Origin: a virus
Taxonomy: Duplodnaviria > Heunggongvirae > Uroviricota > Caudoviricetes
Strand: one strand, 5' to 3'
Virus record (IMG/VR): IMGVR_UViG_3300028888_000110
DNA length: 64,000 bases
The position numbers and the translations under genes were made by a program. Of this stretch, positions 9,540 to 20,339 are shown piece after piece (the first letter of the stretch is position 1; every line of letters begins with the position of its first letter). The notes below the pieces were generated by a model. That model saw only the letters and a list, made by a program, of their open reading frames with translations, did not search any database and was not told the DNA's origin.

Positions 9540-10124
9540 ATGGCAACTAAACGATTAAAAGTTCTCATAGTTGTTATGTCTGCTATCCTAGTATTTATGT
9601 TAGGGTTTAATGCATGACACTGAGAGGACATTGTATCTGAAGTGCAAGTTCAACCTGCCATTGAGACAGGGAGTGTAGCTACTTGAGAGGTAAAAGAAAT
9701 TGAAACAGTAATTTACACTCGAGAAGATACAAAAAAAGAAATTGCAGAAAAATTAAATTCACTTATTGGGGATTACAATATTAGCTATGCAATCATCCAT
9801 GAGTGCTCAACTCAAACAGATGATTATAAGCTATGTGTGACTAACCTACTCTGAGTAGCTAATGCTGAGAGTAGTATGTTCAAAGCAGGAATGAAACCAA
9901 GCAACAATGGTTTTTGATGGCTATATAAATGAAAGAAAAGAAAATTCTCAAGCGTAGAAGAATCCATAAAGCAATGGGTTGCAATGTACGTAAGGAATAA
10001 TTGGGGAAAGAGAGTTACTTGAGACGCACGGTTGAAAGGTAACTATTGCACTAGCTCCTGCAGTAATTGGGTGAAAGCCTATAACTCAGCAGCTAAAAAA
10101 ATAGAAAAACTTGAACTCTGGTAG
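9540..10124 (+). CDS. exported/membrane-anchored protein (194 aa), possible cell-wall hydrolase
   Basis: Strong SD (AGGAGGAG) 10 nt upstream. N-terminal TM/signal (LKVLIVVMSAILVFMLGF). Frame verified: start 9540 and TAG 10122-10124 are both mod 0. The AIIHECS...NAESSMFKAG segment is only weakly reminiscent of lytic transglycosylase E-S motifs. Confidence 0.4.
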
Positions 10125-10151
10125 CTCAAGTAATTCGACTATACCTCTTTA

Positions 10152-10185
10152 TAAAAAAAGACTTGACAACTCTATCTAATACACT
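10152..10185 (+). promoter_or_regulatory. sigma-70-like promoter TTGACA-N17-TATAAG
   Basis: cTTGACAactctatctaatacacTATAAGg, about 50 nt upstream of the 10238 gene. Confidence 0.4.
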
Positions 10186-10237
10186 ATAAGGTAGATGTGG
10201 AAAATAAATTTACCCAAAAACAAAAGGCAAAAACAAA

Positions 10238-10495
10238 ATGAGAGTCGTACCTCAAATCCTTCTTAAAGAAGGAGATTTAGTAGAAAGTCCCAACGGGAAT
10301 CATATATGGTGCGTAGTGGGAGACATAGAGTGAACCCCTATGTTATCTGATGGCACCAATATATTTTGTCCTAGTTGGGGCTTTTATTTTAAAAAAGATG
10401 ATTGAAGTCTTACCCCAATAGTTGAGGATTCTTCGGTTTTAAAACGCTACAAGTTTTATTTTAATTTTGACACCGAAAGTACCTGGGGTTTTTAA
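10238..10495 (+). CDS. hypothetical protein (about 85 aa)
   Basis: Leader AAAACAAAATG. Frame followed to a TAA near 10495. End approximate. Confidence 0.35.
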
Positions 10496-10827
10496 AATAA
10501 AAAGTGGCAATATTACCACTTTCCTACACAAAATTATTTTACTTTATATTAGTTGAGAGTTGATGAACAATTATTATCCTCTGTCGCGAGTTCGCAGACA
10601 GTTATGAGATGAAGAAGTTCAGCAAATGGTGGTAACCCCAACCGAGAGAAAAGGCTGGAGCTACTTATTTGCCAATAATGACTGAGAGTGGTTGGTAGTA
10701 CAGACAAATGCCCACCACTCAATAACCTCTGTATCCTTTACCCACAAATACAAAGGGCTTTGAATGTCCCTAAAGAGGGCCAAAACAAAATGATTTAGAA
10801 TATGCCGATACCCCGGTAGGCTAGTCA

Positions 10828-11213
10828 ATGAAGAAAATTAGATATAGACTAGCGAAAATATCGAGCGAGGTATGTTATAAAGATTTCCAAATTGAAGTCA
10901 AGGGGAATTTTAAAATATATTATATAATGAAAAATTCAGCATCTAACAAGCGAAAATCTATGACATTTAAAGAAACCAAACAGGGGCTATACCGTGAGGC
11001 TATAGCAAACAAAATGGAATGGACGGATGAACTCGACTGAGACTTCTCTACCGAAGTAGAATTTCTTCTCGGTCTAAAGGGCCGATGGCTCCTTTGCCAT
11101 ATAAGGAAAGAATATCCTTACACTATTAGATTTAGACTTATAGGGGAGAAAGACTACGAGAAGGCTAAGCCAGAAAAATTCATTACGCTTGCAAAACAAA
11201 AGCTTTTACATTA
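10828..11213 (+). CDS. hypothetical protein (about 128 aa)
   Basis: The track ORF 10828-11040 continues through one TGA to a TAA near 11213. It overlaps the 3' end of an alternative upstream ORF (10563-10841, MNNYYPLSRV...). Which of the two is expressed is unclear. Confidence 0.3.
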
Positions 11214-11225
11214 AACAAAAACGAT

Positions 11226-11510
11226 TATGGGAATAAATCCATATAAATCAGTGAATGGCTACACCGTAGTCTATAACCACTGAGCTATTAAAATTATTAC
11301 TAAGGATAAATTGGACGTTATGGAATGAGTGATATACCTACCAAAATCTCTCATACAATTTATTTTAGAACAAGATATTCCTTCACCATTAAAAGCTTCA
11401 GTGCTATCAATTAATGAAGAGGTGTGATGTTTAGTGGATGCTATTTGTTTTTCTCCCGACGAGAAAACGGGGTTCTTAACTCTAAAGAATCTATATTATA
11501 TAACAAAATA
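11226..11510 (+). CDS. hypothetical protein (94 aa)
   Basis: Open code-25 frame MGINPYKSVNGYTVVYNHGAIKII... to TAA. Confidence 0.35.
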
Positions 11511-11519
11511 AAATTCCTC

Positions 11520-11547
11520 TTGACACAGGAAATAAAATCCTTATAAA
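11520..11547 (+). promoter_or_regulatory. sigma-70-like promoter TTGACA-N16-TATAAA
   Basis: TTGACAcaggaaataaaatcctTATAAA, 15 nt upstream of the 11562 start. Confidence 0.4.
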
Positions 11548-11561
11548 AGGGTTACCTTTAT

Positions 11562-12275
11562 ATGAAAGGTACCTTTATTTACGTTATTATTATCGCAATG
11601 CCAATCTATTGACAGAAAACTTCAACAGAGGATAAGCCTCGTCACCCATCTCTTTCTTGGGCTAATTGGAAGAATTGAGCTTTTGTTGCTTGGAATAGAG
11701 ACACACAAGCTGAAGAAGAAATCAAGCTTCCTTCTAAATTCTTTGTAGTAGCAGAAAGCTGGAGTATCAAAGGATATTTAGCAGAGAAATGATGAGTTTA
11801 CTCAAATGAAATTTACAGCTTCCCTAACGATGTGTTAACCGTTAGAAGTGGTAGCTGAGAAGTTTTATATGAATGACTATGGGCAGACATAAAAGATAAG
11901 ATTAAATCTTTAGGTTTGAAGCTTATCAAGAATGTACATTACATCGACCCTAAGAAACCAGAAGAATTAAGAACATTCTGTATCAAGGGTGCTGCTTTAA
12001 AAGAGTGGATGGAAACATTCTCTGATGAAAATAGAAACGCAGCTTGAAATAACTTCCTTTCTGAGGGAGAAGTAAAAGAATGAAAAACTTGAGCAGTAAC
12101 TTACACCTTCCCTTCATTTAAAATTGGAGCAGCATTAACTGAAAAAGAAAGAGCTGTACAACAAGAATGGGGAATTAAGTTACTTACTTATACTCAGGCC
12201 ACAATTACTTCTAAAGAAGAAGTAGAAGAAAAAGCTGCAGTCAAATATGATGACGATAATTTACCTTTTAACTAG
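11562..12275 (+). CDS. hypothetical protein (about 237 aa), possibly DNA-binding/recombination-associated
   Basis: Long open frame with seven TGA-Gly codons and an acidic C-terminus (KYDDDNLPFN), as seen in some phage ssDNA-binding proteins. No motif-level proof. Confidence 0.35.
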
Positions 12276-12502
12276 GAGATGAGTAGCCTCCTAAAAAGGC
12301 TCAATTTAATTTAAGACAATATACTATGGCGAATACAAGTTACGAGTTAGGGTGAAAAACGTTTTTAAAATGTAAAGGATGCTGAGAATTTAAGGAACTT
12401 AATACTGAAAATTGGTATACCCATAAGGAGGGATACCTTTGAGTCCTCTGAAGGTGTAAAAAATGCATCTTAGCTTGAAGGAAAACAGAGCACGAACGCA
12501 AA

Positions 12503-12826
12503 ATGGCAAGGGAAAGAGATAAGGATAGATATTATAACAATCCTAAAAGAAGAGAATATGTATATCAATCTTCAAAAGAAAGAACTGAAAGACATGAAAA
12601 AGAAGGTGGTTGATGGAATAAATATCATCTAAGAACTAATAGAATAATAAAAAAATTATGAATCCGTCCTAAGGAATGCCCTATATGTTGATATAAATGA
12701 CGCATCGTCGCTCACCATCCTGACTACAAGGAGTGGAATAAAATTGTTTTTTGTTGCCAACCATGTCATGACAAAATTCATAAGAAAAAATTAGATAAGT
12801 ATACAGTCATAGATTTATTGAATTAA
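12503..12826 (+). CDS. HNH endonuclease (about 107 aa from the first ATG; the in-frame Cys-rich region from 12350 may extend it)
   Basis: Frame verified by position. CPICGYKGRIVAHHPDYKEWNKIVFCCQPCHDKIH is a classic C-X2-C...HH...N...C-X2-C-H HNH zinc-finger nuclease signature. Upstream in frame lie CKGCGEF and CKKC, but no ATG. Confidence 0.55.
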
Positions 12827-12850
12827 TTTTATTAGTTTATACCTGGCATT

Positions 12851-13600
12851 ATGCTCTACCACCAATTTGCACCTCTTAAGGAAGATTATAAAACTATTAT
12901 AGTTTCAGTGACGGAAATAGAGAAAGCTCTAGTACCTGCTCCTTCTTTTGTTCAAGACTTGGAACCAAAGAAGAAAGCTAACACATATTGGGTATGAAAC
13001 CTAGTAGAAAACATTGTCTTTGCTAGAATAAATCAATGAGTTGAGGCAGCTCAACACCAAATCGAGATTGCTAGATGAATGATGAACCCAGAAAGGATGA
13101 GATACTTTTCTGCTAGTTGAGTAGAAGATAAACAGTTCTTGCGATTGTATGATTGACTAGAACAGCTTATTCCATTATCTGAGCAATATGAAGCTATAGG
13201 TATGTATGATATAAGAAGCCTTAGGAGTGCAGTCGAGGTAGACTTTAGCTGATATAAAATAATTCTCACGTGAGAAATAGATTGGGGAATGAATTGAAGT
13301 ATGCTTTTTGATTGCAAGACAGCTAAGAAAAAATGGGATGAGAATGAGAAACGAGAGTTAGGGTGTTATCAATGAAGATTTTACCCTTGGTTCCAATTCC
13401 TACAGCATCCAGATATAGATTCTATAGCATTTAGTTATCTAGTATTCACAAAGCAAAAAACAATCCAACACCAAAACATTACTCATATCATTAAAAGAGA
13501 TGAGGCAGAGCAATTCGTGAAAGAAAAGCTCTACGATTATTTAGTGTGAGTTCATAAAGGGGATATACAAACCACGGAAGGCTCACTCGATAGAATGTAA
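12851..13600 (+). CDS. hypothetical protein (249 aa), possible PD-(D/E)XK-type nuclease
   Basis: Open frame with ten TGA codons. The ILTGEIDWG...ELGCYQGRFYPWFQ region loosely resembles nuclease motifs. Weak. Confidence 0.3.
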
Positions 13601-14060
13601 TGAATAAAGATAGTCAACGTTGAGCTGCAACAGAGCTCATTGAACTTATAGCTAATCTTATTGCTAGTTATTCACATCATAGTGAGCTATACAATTCTAT
13701 ACAATCTGACCTAGTTCATCCTGAGTTATTCACGGAAGAACAAATAAAACAGATGGAAGAGGATAGTATGTGGCACTATCAAAAAATGACTAGCCTCTTG
13801 GAGGAGAGAAGACTAGCTATGAGAAAACTGAAAGAAGGGGCTGTAGAATGTGACGACCATATGCGATGCTTGGTTAAACATTCTATAGCCTCTTATCAAT
13901 TTAGCCAAGAAGTTCTAAATACAAATATGGATGACTTAGATTATATCCACTTGGCTGAAACTGCTTACCAATATATGTATGAATGTGTGAGCAAATTCCT
14001 ATGAGTCACATTGGTAACCTGTGCTAGGTGCCTAGAAGATGAACTCAATTTACAAAAATA
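13600..14060 (+). CDS. hypothetical protein (153 aa)
   Basis: Its ATG overlaps the upstream TAA (ATGTAATGA). Contains track ORF 13753-14004. Confidence 0.4.
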
Positions 14061-14070
14061 AAAAAATAAT

Positions 14071-14634
14071 ATGCAAGAGAATATCTATGAAAAGGTATTA
14101 AACTTGTACAAAAAAGATTTAGATAGTTGACGTATTCTTCTTTATGAAAATATGCAACTCTTGATGAGGAGAAACCCACTTCTTCGTCACAAGAATTATA
14201 CCTTTACTAAAGATGACATCTGTTCGGAAGCGTTTATGATAGCTGATGATATCTTGCTAAGAAAGGATATTCCAGATGAAAAGAAAATATCTAAACTATG
14301 GTACTTATTTAATAGATGAGGCTGAGCCTTGTATAATAAGTTAAACCAATATGGACTAGAGAGTTATACTATAGATGATATTAGGGATAGCGAAAATCGA
14401 AGCTACGATATGGATGTCGATATGCTACAGTATGTGCTAGTAATTAATAATATAATTACCCCATTGGAAGCAACTGTGCTCCAATACCTATGAGATTGAA
14501 GGGGGAAATATGAAATCGCAAGACTAATGAAAACCACATACTATAATGTGAGGGATATTGTAGACACAATTGCCCTTAAAGTTAAAAGATTTTTATCAGA
14601 ACAAGATGATTTAGAAAATGCAGACAACAGCTAG
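14071..14634 (+). CDS. sigma-70-family RNA polymerase sigma factor (187 aa)
   Basis: C-terminal region-4-like HTH ATVLQYLGDGRGKYEIARLMKTTYYNVRDIVDTIALKVKRFL and an N-terminal region-2-like part. Frame checked: start 14071, TAG 14632-14634. Confidence 0.55.
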
Positions 14635-15196
14635 AGGAGTTCGTAAGGAACTCAAGCAGATAATTTCTGTGTACCAGTGAGTAATAGAGTTCTCAATAGA
14701 GAAACTGGGAATGGAAATAATAATTAAGCAAGCTAAGGCTGACCCAGATGACTTGTTGGACTCTATTAATAATCACTTGATAGAAGTATGCTGAAATTAT
14801 CTAGAGACCCATAGCATAGGGCTCGATAAATATCAATTAGCAACTATCATTATGGACCTATATACTAAGACAATCTCTGAACTAGATGAACCATTTCGTG
14901 TGACAATTAAAGAATCAAAGCACCTAATTCAAGATTACCTAGAAAAAAATAAGGCTAAGAAAGAAACATTAGAAAGAATTAAGAAAGAGAATGAGAACTT
15001 AGATAAGGAGGTAGCTATTAGAAAGAAGGAGCAACAAGAGAAAAAGGTTAATTTAAGGCCAGAACCCGAAATGCCGAGTGAAAATTTAGAAGTGGGGTAC
15101 ACGGGGACCCAAGCCCCCTCTCCTAAGCCAAAGAAAACGAGAGCTAGATGAACCGACGCTCTTGCTATTGACCACTTCGTTTTACCTTGATTATAA
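14618..15196 (+). CDS. hypothetical Glu/Lys-rich protein (192 aa)
   Basis: Frame verified by position from ATG 14618 (overlapping the sigma gene by 17 nt) through track ORF 14852-15151 and two TGA codons to TAA 15194-15196. Confidence 0.45.
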
Positions 15197-15201
15197 TAGG
15201 G

Positions 15202-15651
15202 ATGCAAAAACTTGATTATATTCGTAGAGCTCCTTGAATTACTGATTTCAATACTCTAGTAGATAAGCTAAACGAAATCATAACTAAGCTCAATTCAAAA
15301 ATAGAAATAGAAGAAGTCGCTATTTCTAGAGAAATAAAAGACTTCACATTCTTTAAAGGGGAAGAAACTAAACTACCATACCACATAGAATATGCCATTA
15401 CGTCTAACGAAGATGCTACAAAAATCTTCGAGCTATATAACTTCTCCTATAAAGAGATAAAACAAATCAATGACATTATCATTAAATGAAATGTCGTTGC
15501 TCTTACAATAGATGTAACTGAGGAAATGACAGAGAAAGATAAAAAACAAGAAGTTATATTTGAAAAGGTGGAAGCTATTGAGTTAGATAAACCTATTAAG
15601 GTTAAATGAAAGAGAGGAAGAAAGCCTAAAAAGAAAACCTCTTGGGAATAA
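15202..15651 (+). CDS. hypothetical protein with basic C-terminal tail KGKRGRKPKKK (149 aa)
   Basis: Open code-25 frame. AT-hook-like tail suggests DNA binding. Confidence 0.35.
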
Positions 15652-15677
15652 AAATTTATTTAAACAAAAACAAAAAT

Positions 15678-16136
15678 ATGTCATTTGTATCTGACCTTGC
15701 AGTAGGCGAAGCTTGCCAAATAGAATTTGCTAAGCTATTACTTGATACGGAGAAGGTTATTAGCCTTGAAATCGCTCAATGAAAGTTTAAACTTTGGGAT
15801 ATAAGAATTACTACCCCAGAATGAGAGAAGACCTATGAGATAAAAAAGGATTTAAAAGCCCCAGAAACAGGAAACTACGTGATTGAAACTCGCTGTTCGT
15901 GAAAGCCCTCTGGTATCTATACTAGTAAAGCAGATTACATAGTATATAATGTAAAGTGAGAATGGTGGTGTCAGGAGAGGTGAGAGTTAATCCTTAGACT
16001 TATGGATGTAGAGAAACGTACTACTAAATGAGGGGATTGACGAAGGGCTGAAATGTTTGTATTAAGTTGCGATACCTTACCTATTTTATTCACCAAAATA
16101 GAAACAAATGGACAAACTTGAGAAGAAAATAATTAA
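15678..16136 (+). CDS. hypothetical protein (about 152 aa)
   Basis: Leader AAACAAAAACAAAAATATG. Frame followed to TAA 16134-16136, overlapping the next gene by 29 nt. Confidence 0.35.
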
Positions 16137-16392
16137 GCAAGAAAATGCTATAGCTGAAACCTTAAAAGAATTCCTAAAACATTTTAATAGAGTTTGGTAT
16201 TCTATAAAGGAGCCTAAGGAAGAATTAGAAAAATTCTTTGACTTGCAGGATAGCTGAGATGGTATAGTCTATATATTTGTGAAGACTAAAGAATGAGATT
16301 TTTCTATGGGCTACACTATGGATGTCAGCCTAGATGATATGCAAAGTATGGTTAATTATCTCAAACTAAGAGCAGATGTTTATCTTAGATAA
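16108..16392 (+). CDS. hypothetical protein (94 aa)
   Basis: Frame verified to TAA 16390-16392. Confidence 0.4.
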
Positions 16393-16401
16393 AAAACAAA
16401 A

Positions 16402-16908
16402 ATGTCTAAACAAAAACAAAAATTTGAATGATGGGAGCGAGATTGTGTAGATGCTGATGTATCGATAGACACTCCTGTTACATTAGTATTATATTTCTAT
16501 GGGAATATACCTAGTAAAAAAAATTGAAGAAGAAATTTCTGAAATATTTCATTACCATCAGCCAATTACGTAGAACGAAATAAAAGGATAACTAATAAGT
16601 TAAAAGGGTTTGTCCCTCTACTATGATTAGGTCCTTATTCTATAGATATAAAAACAATAGCCCACACTAAAAGAAGAAAGGATTGTGATAATGTTGTCTC
16701 TAGTATTATGGACACTCTACAAGACTTAGAATTTATCTCTGACGACGACAATGAAACGATTAGAAAAATAACCGTGACTAATGTGGGATATATAAAGAAT
16801 GCCCCCATTGCTAGAATAGAAATAAAACAATATTGTGAAGAATGATACAATATTGATACAGACCACAAAGGGAAAGACTTAAAACAATATAAATATTATT
16901 TAAATTAG
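16402..16908 (+). CDS. rusA: RusA-like Holliday-junction resolvase (168 aa)
   Basis: GNIPSKKNGRR...KRRKDCDNVVSSIMDTLQDLEFISDDDNETI matches the RusA acidic D-x-D-N / DDD catalytic cluster. Leader AAACAAAAACAAAAATTTGAATG. Frame verified to TAG 16906-16908. Confidence 0.55.
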
Positions 16909-16931
16909 TTTTATTATTTACAAAAATAAAA

Positions 16932-17431
16932 ATGGCAAAAAAAGTTGCAGTAAATGTTAGAGAGGCTAAATTAATGGAACAAGCTTTCTCAAAGAATTCA
17001 TTTAGATATCTCACTCTAGATGAACATAAAACTTTAGACAAGGCTTATAAAACCTTAAAAGAAAGTGAGGTATATAATAAAGTAGGATGAGAAATCCAAG
17101 CAGAAGCAGAAAGATTAGTTGCAGAAAAATGTATGCCAGAATGGAATAGAATCTCTGAAGAAATGAAACCTTTAGGAGAAGAGAGAAACAGATTAGCGAA
17201 GGAGAAGGCAGAAGCAAAAGAATGAGAATGGCTACAGGAAAGTGAGGATAAATTAATAGAAGTGGATAAAAAAATAGCTGATTTATCTAGTGAATACCAA
17301 TCAGTCACAGATAAGGCTAATGCCGAATTAAATGAATTTAAAGAAGAAAAAATTAATAGCACAAAAGAAGCTTGTTTCTTCTTAAGTGAAGAAGATTACC
17401 AATTTGTAGGTGAATTATGCTGATTTTACTC
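16932..17431 (+). CDS. hypothetical coiled-coil protein (about 165-180 aa)
   Basis: Open frame from ATG 16932. The 3' end is uncertain (hand-translation frame ambiguity, 17431-17473). Confidence 0.3.
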
Positions 17432-17449
17432 TGCTAACTAAACTATCAC

Positions 17450-18148
17450 ATGACCATCATTGCTGCAAAACAAATACAAAATAAATGGGCTTTATTCACA
17501 GACGACTGCGTAACAATGTGACAATCGCAAGTAAGTGCTGCTAGAAAATATCGTCCTAAACTAAGAGAAATTGACTGAAAGAACTATGATTTAGTTATAG
17601 CTTCCTGTTGATGAACTAGAGAAATAGATTTGTTTTTAAACCTTCTTGAAGCTAAGCTTGAAATCACTAAAGTAAAAACTACAATGGATTTAGGCGTAGC
17701 TATTCAAACTACACTAATAGAGACTCGAAAAACTCTATTAGAATTAACGAAAGACCCATCTATTTGACTGCTAATCTTAGAAGTTAACACTAATACCCTA
17801 TGGCATACAGATGATTATAGTATGTTTAGAGTATCAGATGAATGAGAAATTGTTGCAGGTAGTTGAGAGCAAGCATTTCTCTCTAGCAACAAACATCGCG
17901 ATTTCCTAGAGAGTTTAAAGTTAGCTGTTTTAACGGACGAATATTGCGAATTCCCTATCTATGCTTATAGAGATGGAGATATGTATGAATTCTACGATTG
18001 GCTAACAGTAGGGGAAATGTTAGACATTTTACTTGATAGAAGAAAAGATGATTCAATCTACTGCAACGGAGAATGCGTGGAAAACTCACTCTGCCAATCT
18101 CCCACAAAACCCGGATGAATGAGTAAATGCAACTCAGAAAAACTATAA
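17450..18148 (+). CDS. HslV-like Ntn-hydrolase peptidase (proteasome beta-type fold) with Cys-rich C-terminal extension (232 aa)
   Basis: N-terminal M-TIIAAKQ (Thr directly after Met). IASCGGTREIDLFLNLLEAKLE aligns to HslV [32 protein letters not shown] matches the HslV GSGG segment. Frame verified (17450 to TAA 18146-18148). Confidence 0.5.
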
Positions 18149-18192
18149 ACTAATAGAAACTCTCATTTCTAAAAATAGCAAACTTGAAAAGA

Positions 18193-18279
18193 GAATGGAC
18201 GAAATGGAAATGAATTTTACTATACTATGTATAACACTAATAGTAAGTTTAATCGTAGTCTTTATAATCTTTTCAATAT
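18193..18279 (+). CDS. very small membrane peptide (28 aa)
   Basis: MDEMEMNFTILCITLIVSLIVVFIIFSI immediately before the terminator. Speculative. Confidence 0.2.
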
Positions 18280-18280
18280 A

Positions 18281-18310
18281 AAAAACTCCCCAATTAAGGG
18301 GAGTTTTTAT
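18281..18310. terminator. bidirectional rho-independent terminator at the strand switch
   Basis: AAAAAACTCCCCaattaaGGGGAGTTTTTAT: a 7-bp GC stem with A-run and T-run flanks. It sits between the last + gene and the last minus-strand gene (stop at 18311). Confidence 0.7.
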
Positions 18311-19746
18311 ATTAAGCTAATATTGTATGAATTAGGTTCGCATAAAAATTAAATCACGCCTCTCATCCATTATCGCTCTGTCACTCGTCAATTCATAATA
18401 AAGCGAAGTGCCCAGTAAGAAAGGCGGCAGGAATGTTAGCCATCATACTTCATGAATGGGTTATTGTGGTATTTATTTTTAGCCCCACGCATAGCACATC
18501 TCAATAATCTAATTCTACTATGGTGTTTCATGTCACTGTAACCCTATCCATTACTGCTCATAGTGAAGCAGAGTACCCCGTTCAAGCTTGTCATTCTACT
18601 TCTGTCTTCTCTCAAACCAAAGGATAATCCATATGGAACTCAGAATAACTTACAGATGGAGCGGTATCTCAACTTCATCATGAAACGCTTGAGACATATC
18701 TAATATTTCAGGCTCATCACATTATAGGCTGCCAAGGTTCATAACCTAATGGTCAAGAGTATCTACTTTCAACAATTGTATTCCTTCTATTAAAGCTACC
18801 TCAAGGAATTTTTAGCAGCTGTACTCTAAAAGCATGGACTCAATAAGAAAATTCTGCACTTCAAGAAAATCAAACTTGATATAATCATTTCTTCGTTATT
18901 CTAATTCGTCAGTTTCATGGATTTTCATCTGTTCAGTTAAAGAATTCCAAATTCTTTCTTAAAGAATTTCTAGCTTCTAGCGCTCATCAGCTAGGGCGGG
19001 TTGACGCCCGCAGTACTGGGCTAAGTTCTCCTAAATATCTTTCCACACCCGAATCAAGTGTCCCAGTAGGAAATGAAAGAATGTGGTTATCTTTTAGTAC
19101 TAATTTAGCATAATACGCCTTCATGTCAGCGTCTGTAATAGTTATTCTGTGTCCACTAGCTGTTGCATTAATTAGATTAGAATTATCTATAATTTGTATA
19201 TCTGGAATTGATGGGCATTTAGGTAAAACATCCTCATCAATAGATATTTTCAACTTGCTGTTAGTATCTCCATCGCACCCAACCTCATCTATATTAATTC
19301 AATATCACTCTTGTAGTTTTTGATTAAGATATCCTGGAGTAGTATCGCCGCTACAGGCTTTTACTTTTTCATCTAATGCGCTCACCTCCCATCAACCATC
19401 CACTCAACAATCTCATCAATCCATATAACAATCGTCTGGAGGAGTTATATCTCTTACCACAACATTGCCTCCAGCTTTAACATACGTAGGCTTGGGACAT
19501 TCTGCTGTAAGCTTAACTACTCAGCATTCGCTTGTATCAACCACAAGGCAGTCATTGGTGGATTGTATATTGATTCAACAGTTATCGCTACAAGATTTTC
19601 AACAACAGTTAGTGTTGCAGTCTTCAGGGTCAAGTATCGATACAGAGGCTATATCTCAGCTATCGATTGTACTTGTTATAACGGTTATTTTATCATCTGG
19701 GCAATTATTATTACAAGGGCTACAAGGTTGTTTACATTTACAATCG
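18311..19746 (-). CDS. tail-fibre-like protein (about 478 aa): Cys-rich N-terminus, Gly-rich C-terminal half
   Basis: Minus-strand code-25 translation from ATGAGCGAT (19746) is continuous through track ORF 18987-19253 to TAA at 18311. Many GG/G-x-G runs. Last gene before the convergent terminator. Confidence 0.4.
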
Positions 19747-19815
19747 CTCATAGATTATTTGTTTTTATATAAAATTATTGTTAAGTGGGACAATTACCCA
19801 CCTAGACATTTTAAC

Positions 19816-20322
19816 GTGTCTTATTTAATTTTCGGTATCAGTAGTACCTGGATTTTCTCATCATTCAGATACGGTATTTTCTTCTTTTTTATTTCATACC
19901 CACATAGAACATTCTTCTTTGCCACAATATTTTTTTATACAGTTACAATATTGGCACCTGCTTCGTGCAGAATCTCCATTCCATTTATGATGGGTGTCCG
20001 GATTTAGTGTAGGCTTGAAATCTTTTACCTCGTCCACTTTCTTCTTAGGAGTATATGGCTTATATCAACTTTTATAATTAGCTACTGCCTCATTAAATTT
20101 CTCTTCATCAATTGCCCCTGTGATATACTCATAAGCTGTGTACGCATCAATCTTATCTGTATATGCTCTAAATTCATTTAGCTTCTCTTTTACTAAATCC
20201 TTAGCGACTCAAAATTTAAGCAAGTCATTTATAAATGATACTTGTTTGTTTGTTGAGTTACAATTAGGGCATCCGCCTCATTTACAAGAACAACGACAAT
20301 TTTTCTCACAAAGTGCACAACG
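19816..20322 (-). CDS. Cys-rich hypothetical protein (about 168 aa)
   Basis: MRCALCEKNCRCSCKGGGCPNCNS...CQYCNCIKKYCGKEECS. The overlapping + track ORFs 19465-20007 and 19563-19772 are spurious mirror frames. Confidence 0.35.
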
Positions 20323-20339
20323 CATTTATTTTTGTTATT

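Noticed and set aside
10420-10500. Apparent terminator hairpins (CTTCGG...CCGAAAG, AAAGTGG...CCACTTT)
   Set aside because: Re-framing shows the 10238 ORF probably runs through the first of these to about 10495, so the first at least is probably coding sequence. The AAAGTGG/CCACTTT hairpin at about 10500 may still be a real terminator.
12325-12375. ATG at 12325 as the start of the HNH gene
   Set aside because: Position-checked framing shows this ATG frame stops at 12373-12375. The HNH motifs lie in the other frame, whose first ATG is 12503. An upstream non-ATG start for a longer Zn-finger-containing form cannot be excluded.
19465-20007. Long standard-code + strand ORFs in the 18.3-63 kb region (for example 19465-20007, 37036-37704, 55159-55617, 23649-24029)
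   Set aside because: They mirror real minus-strand genes. The + strand there lacks TGA only because the coding minus strand is TCA-poor. They have low-complexity Ser/Leu/Ile-rich compositions and no motifs. The minus strand, read with TGA=Gly, gives long motif-bearing proteins.
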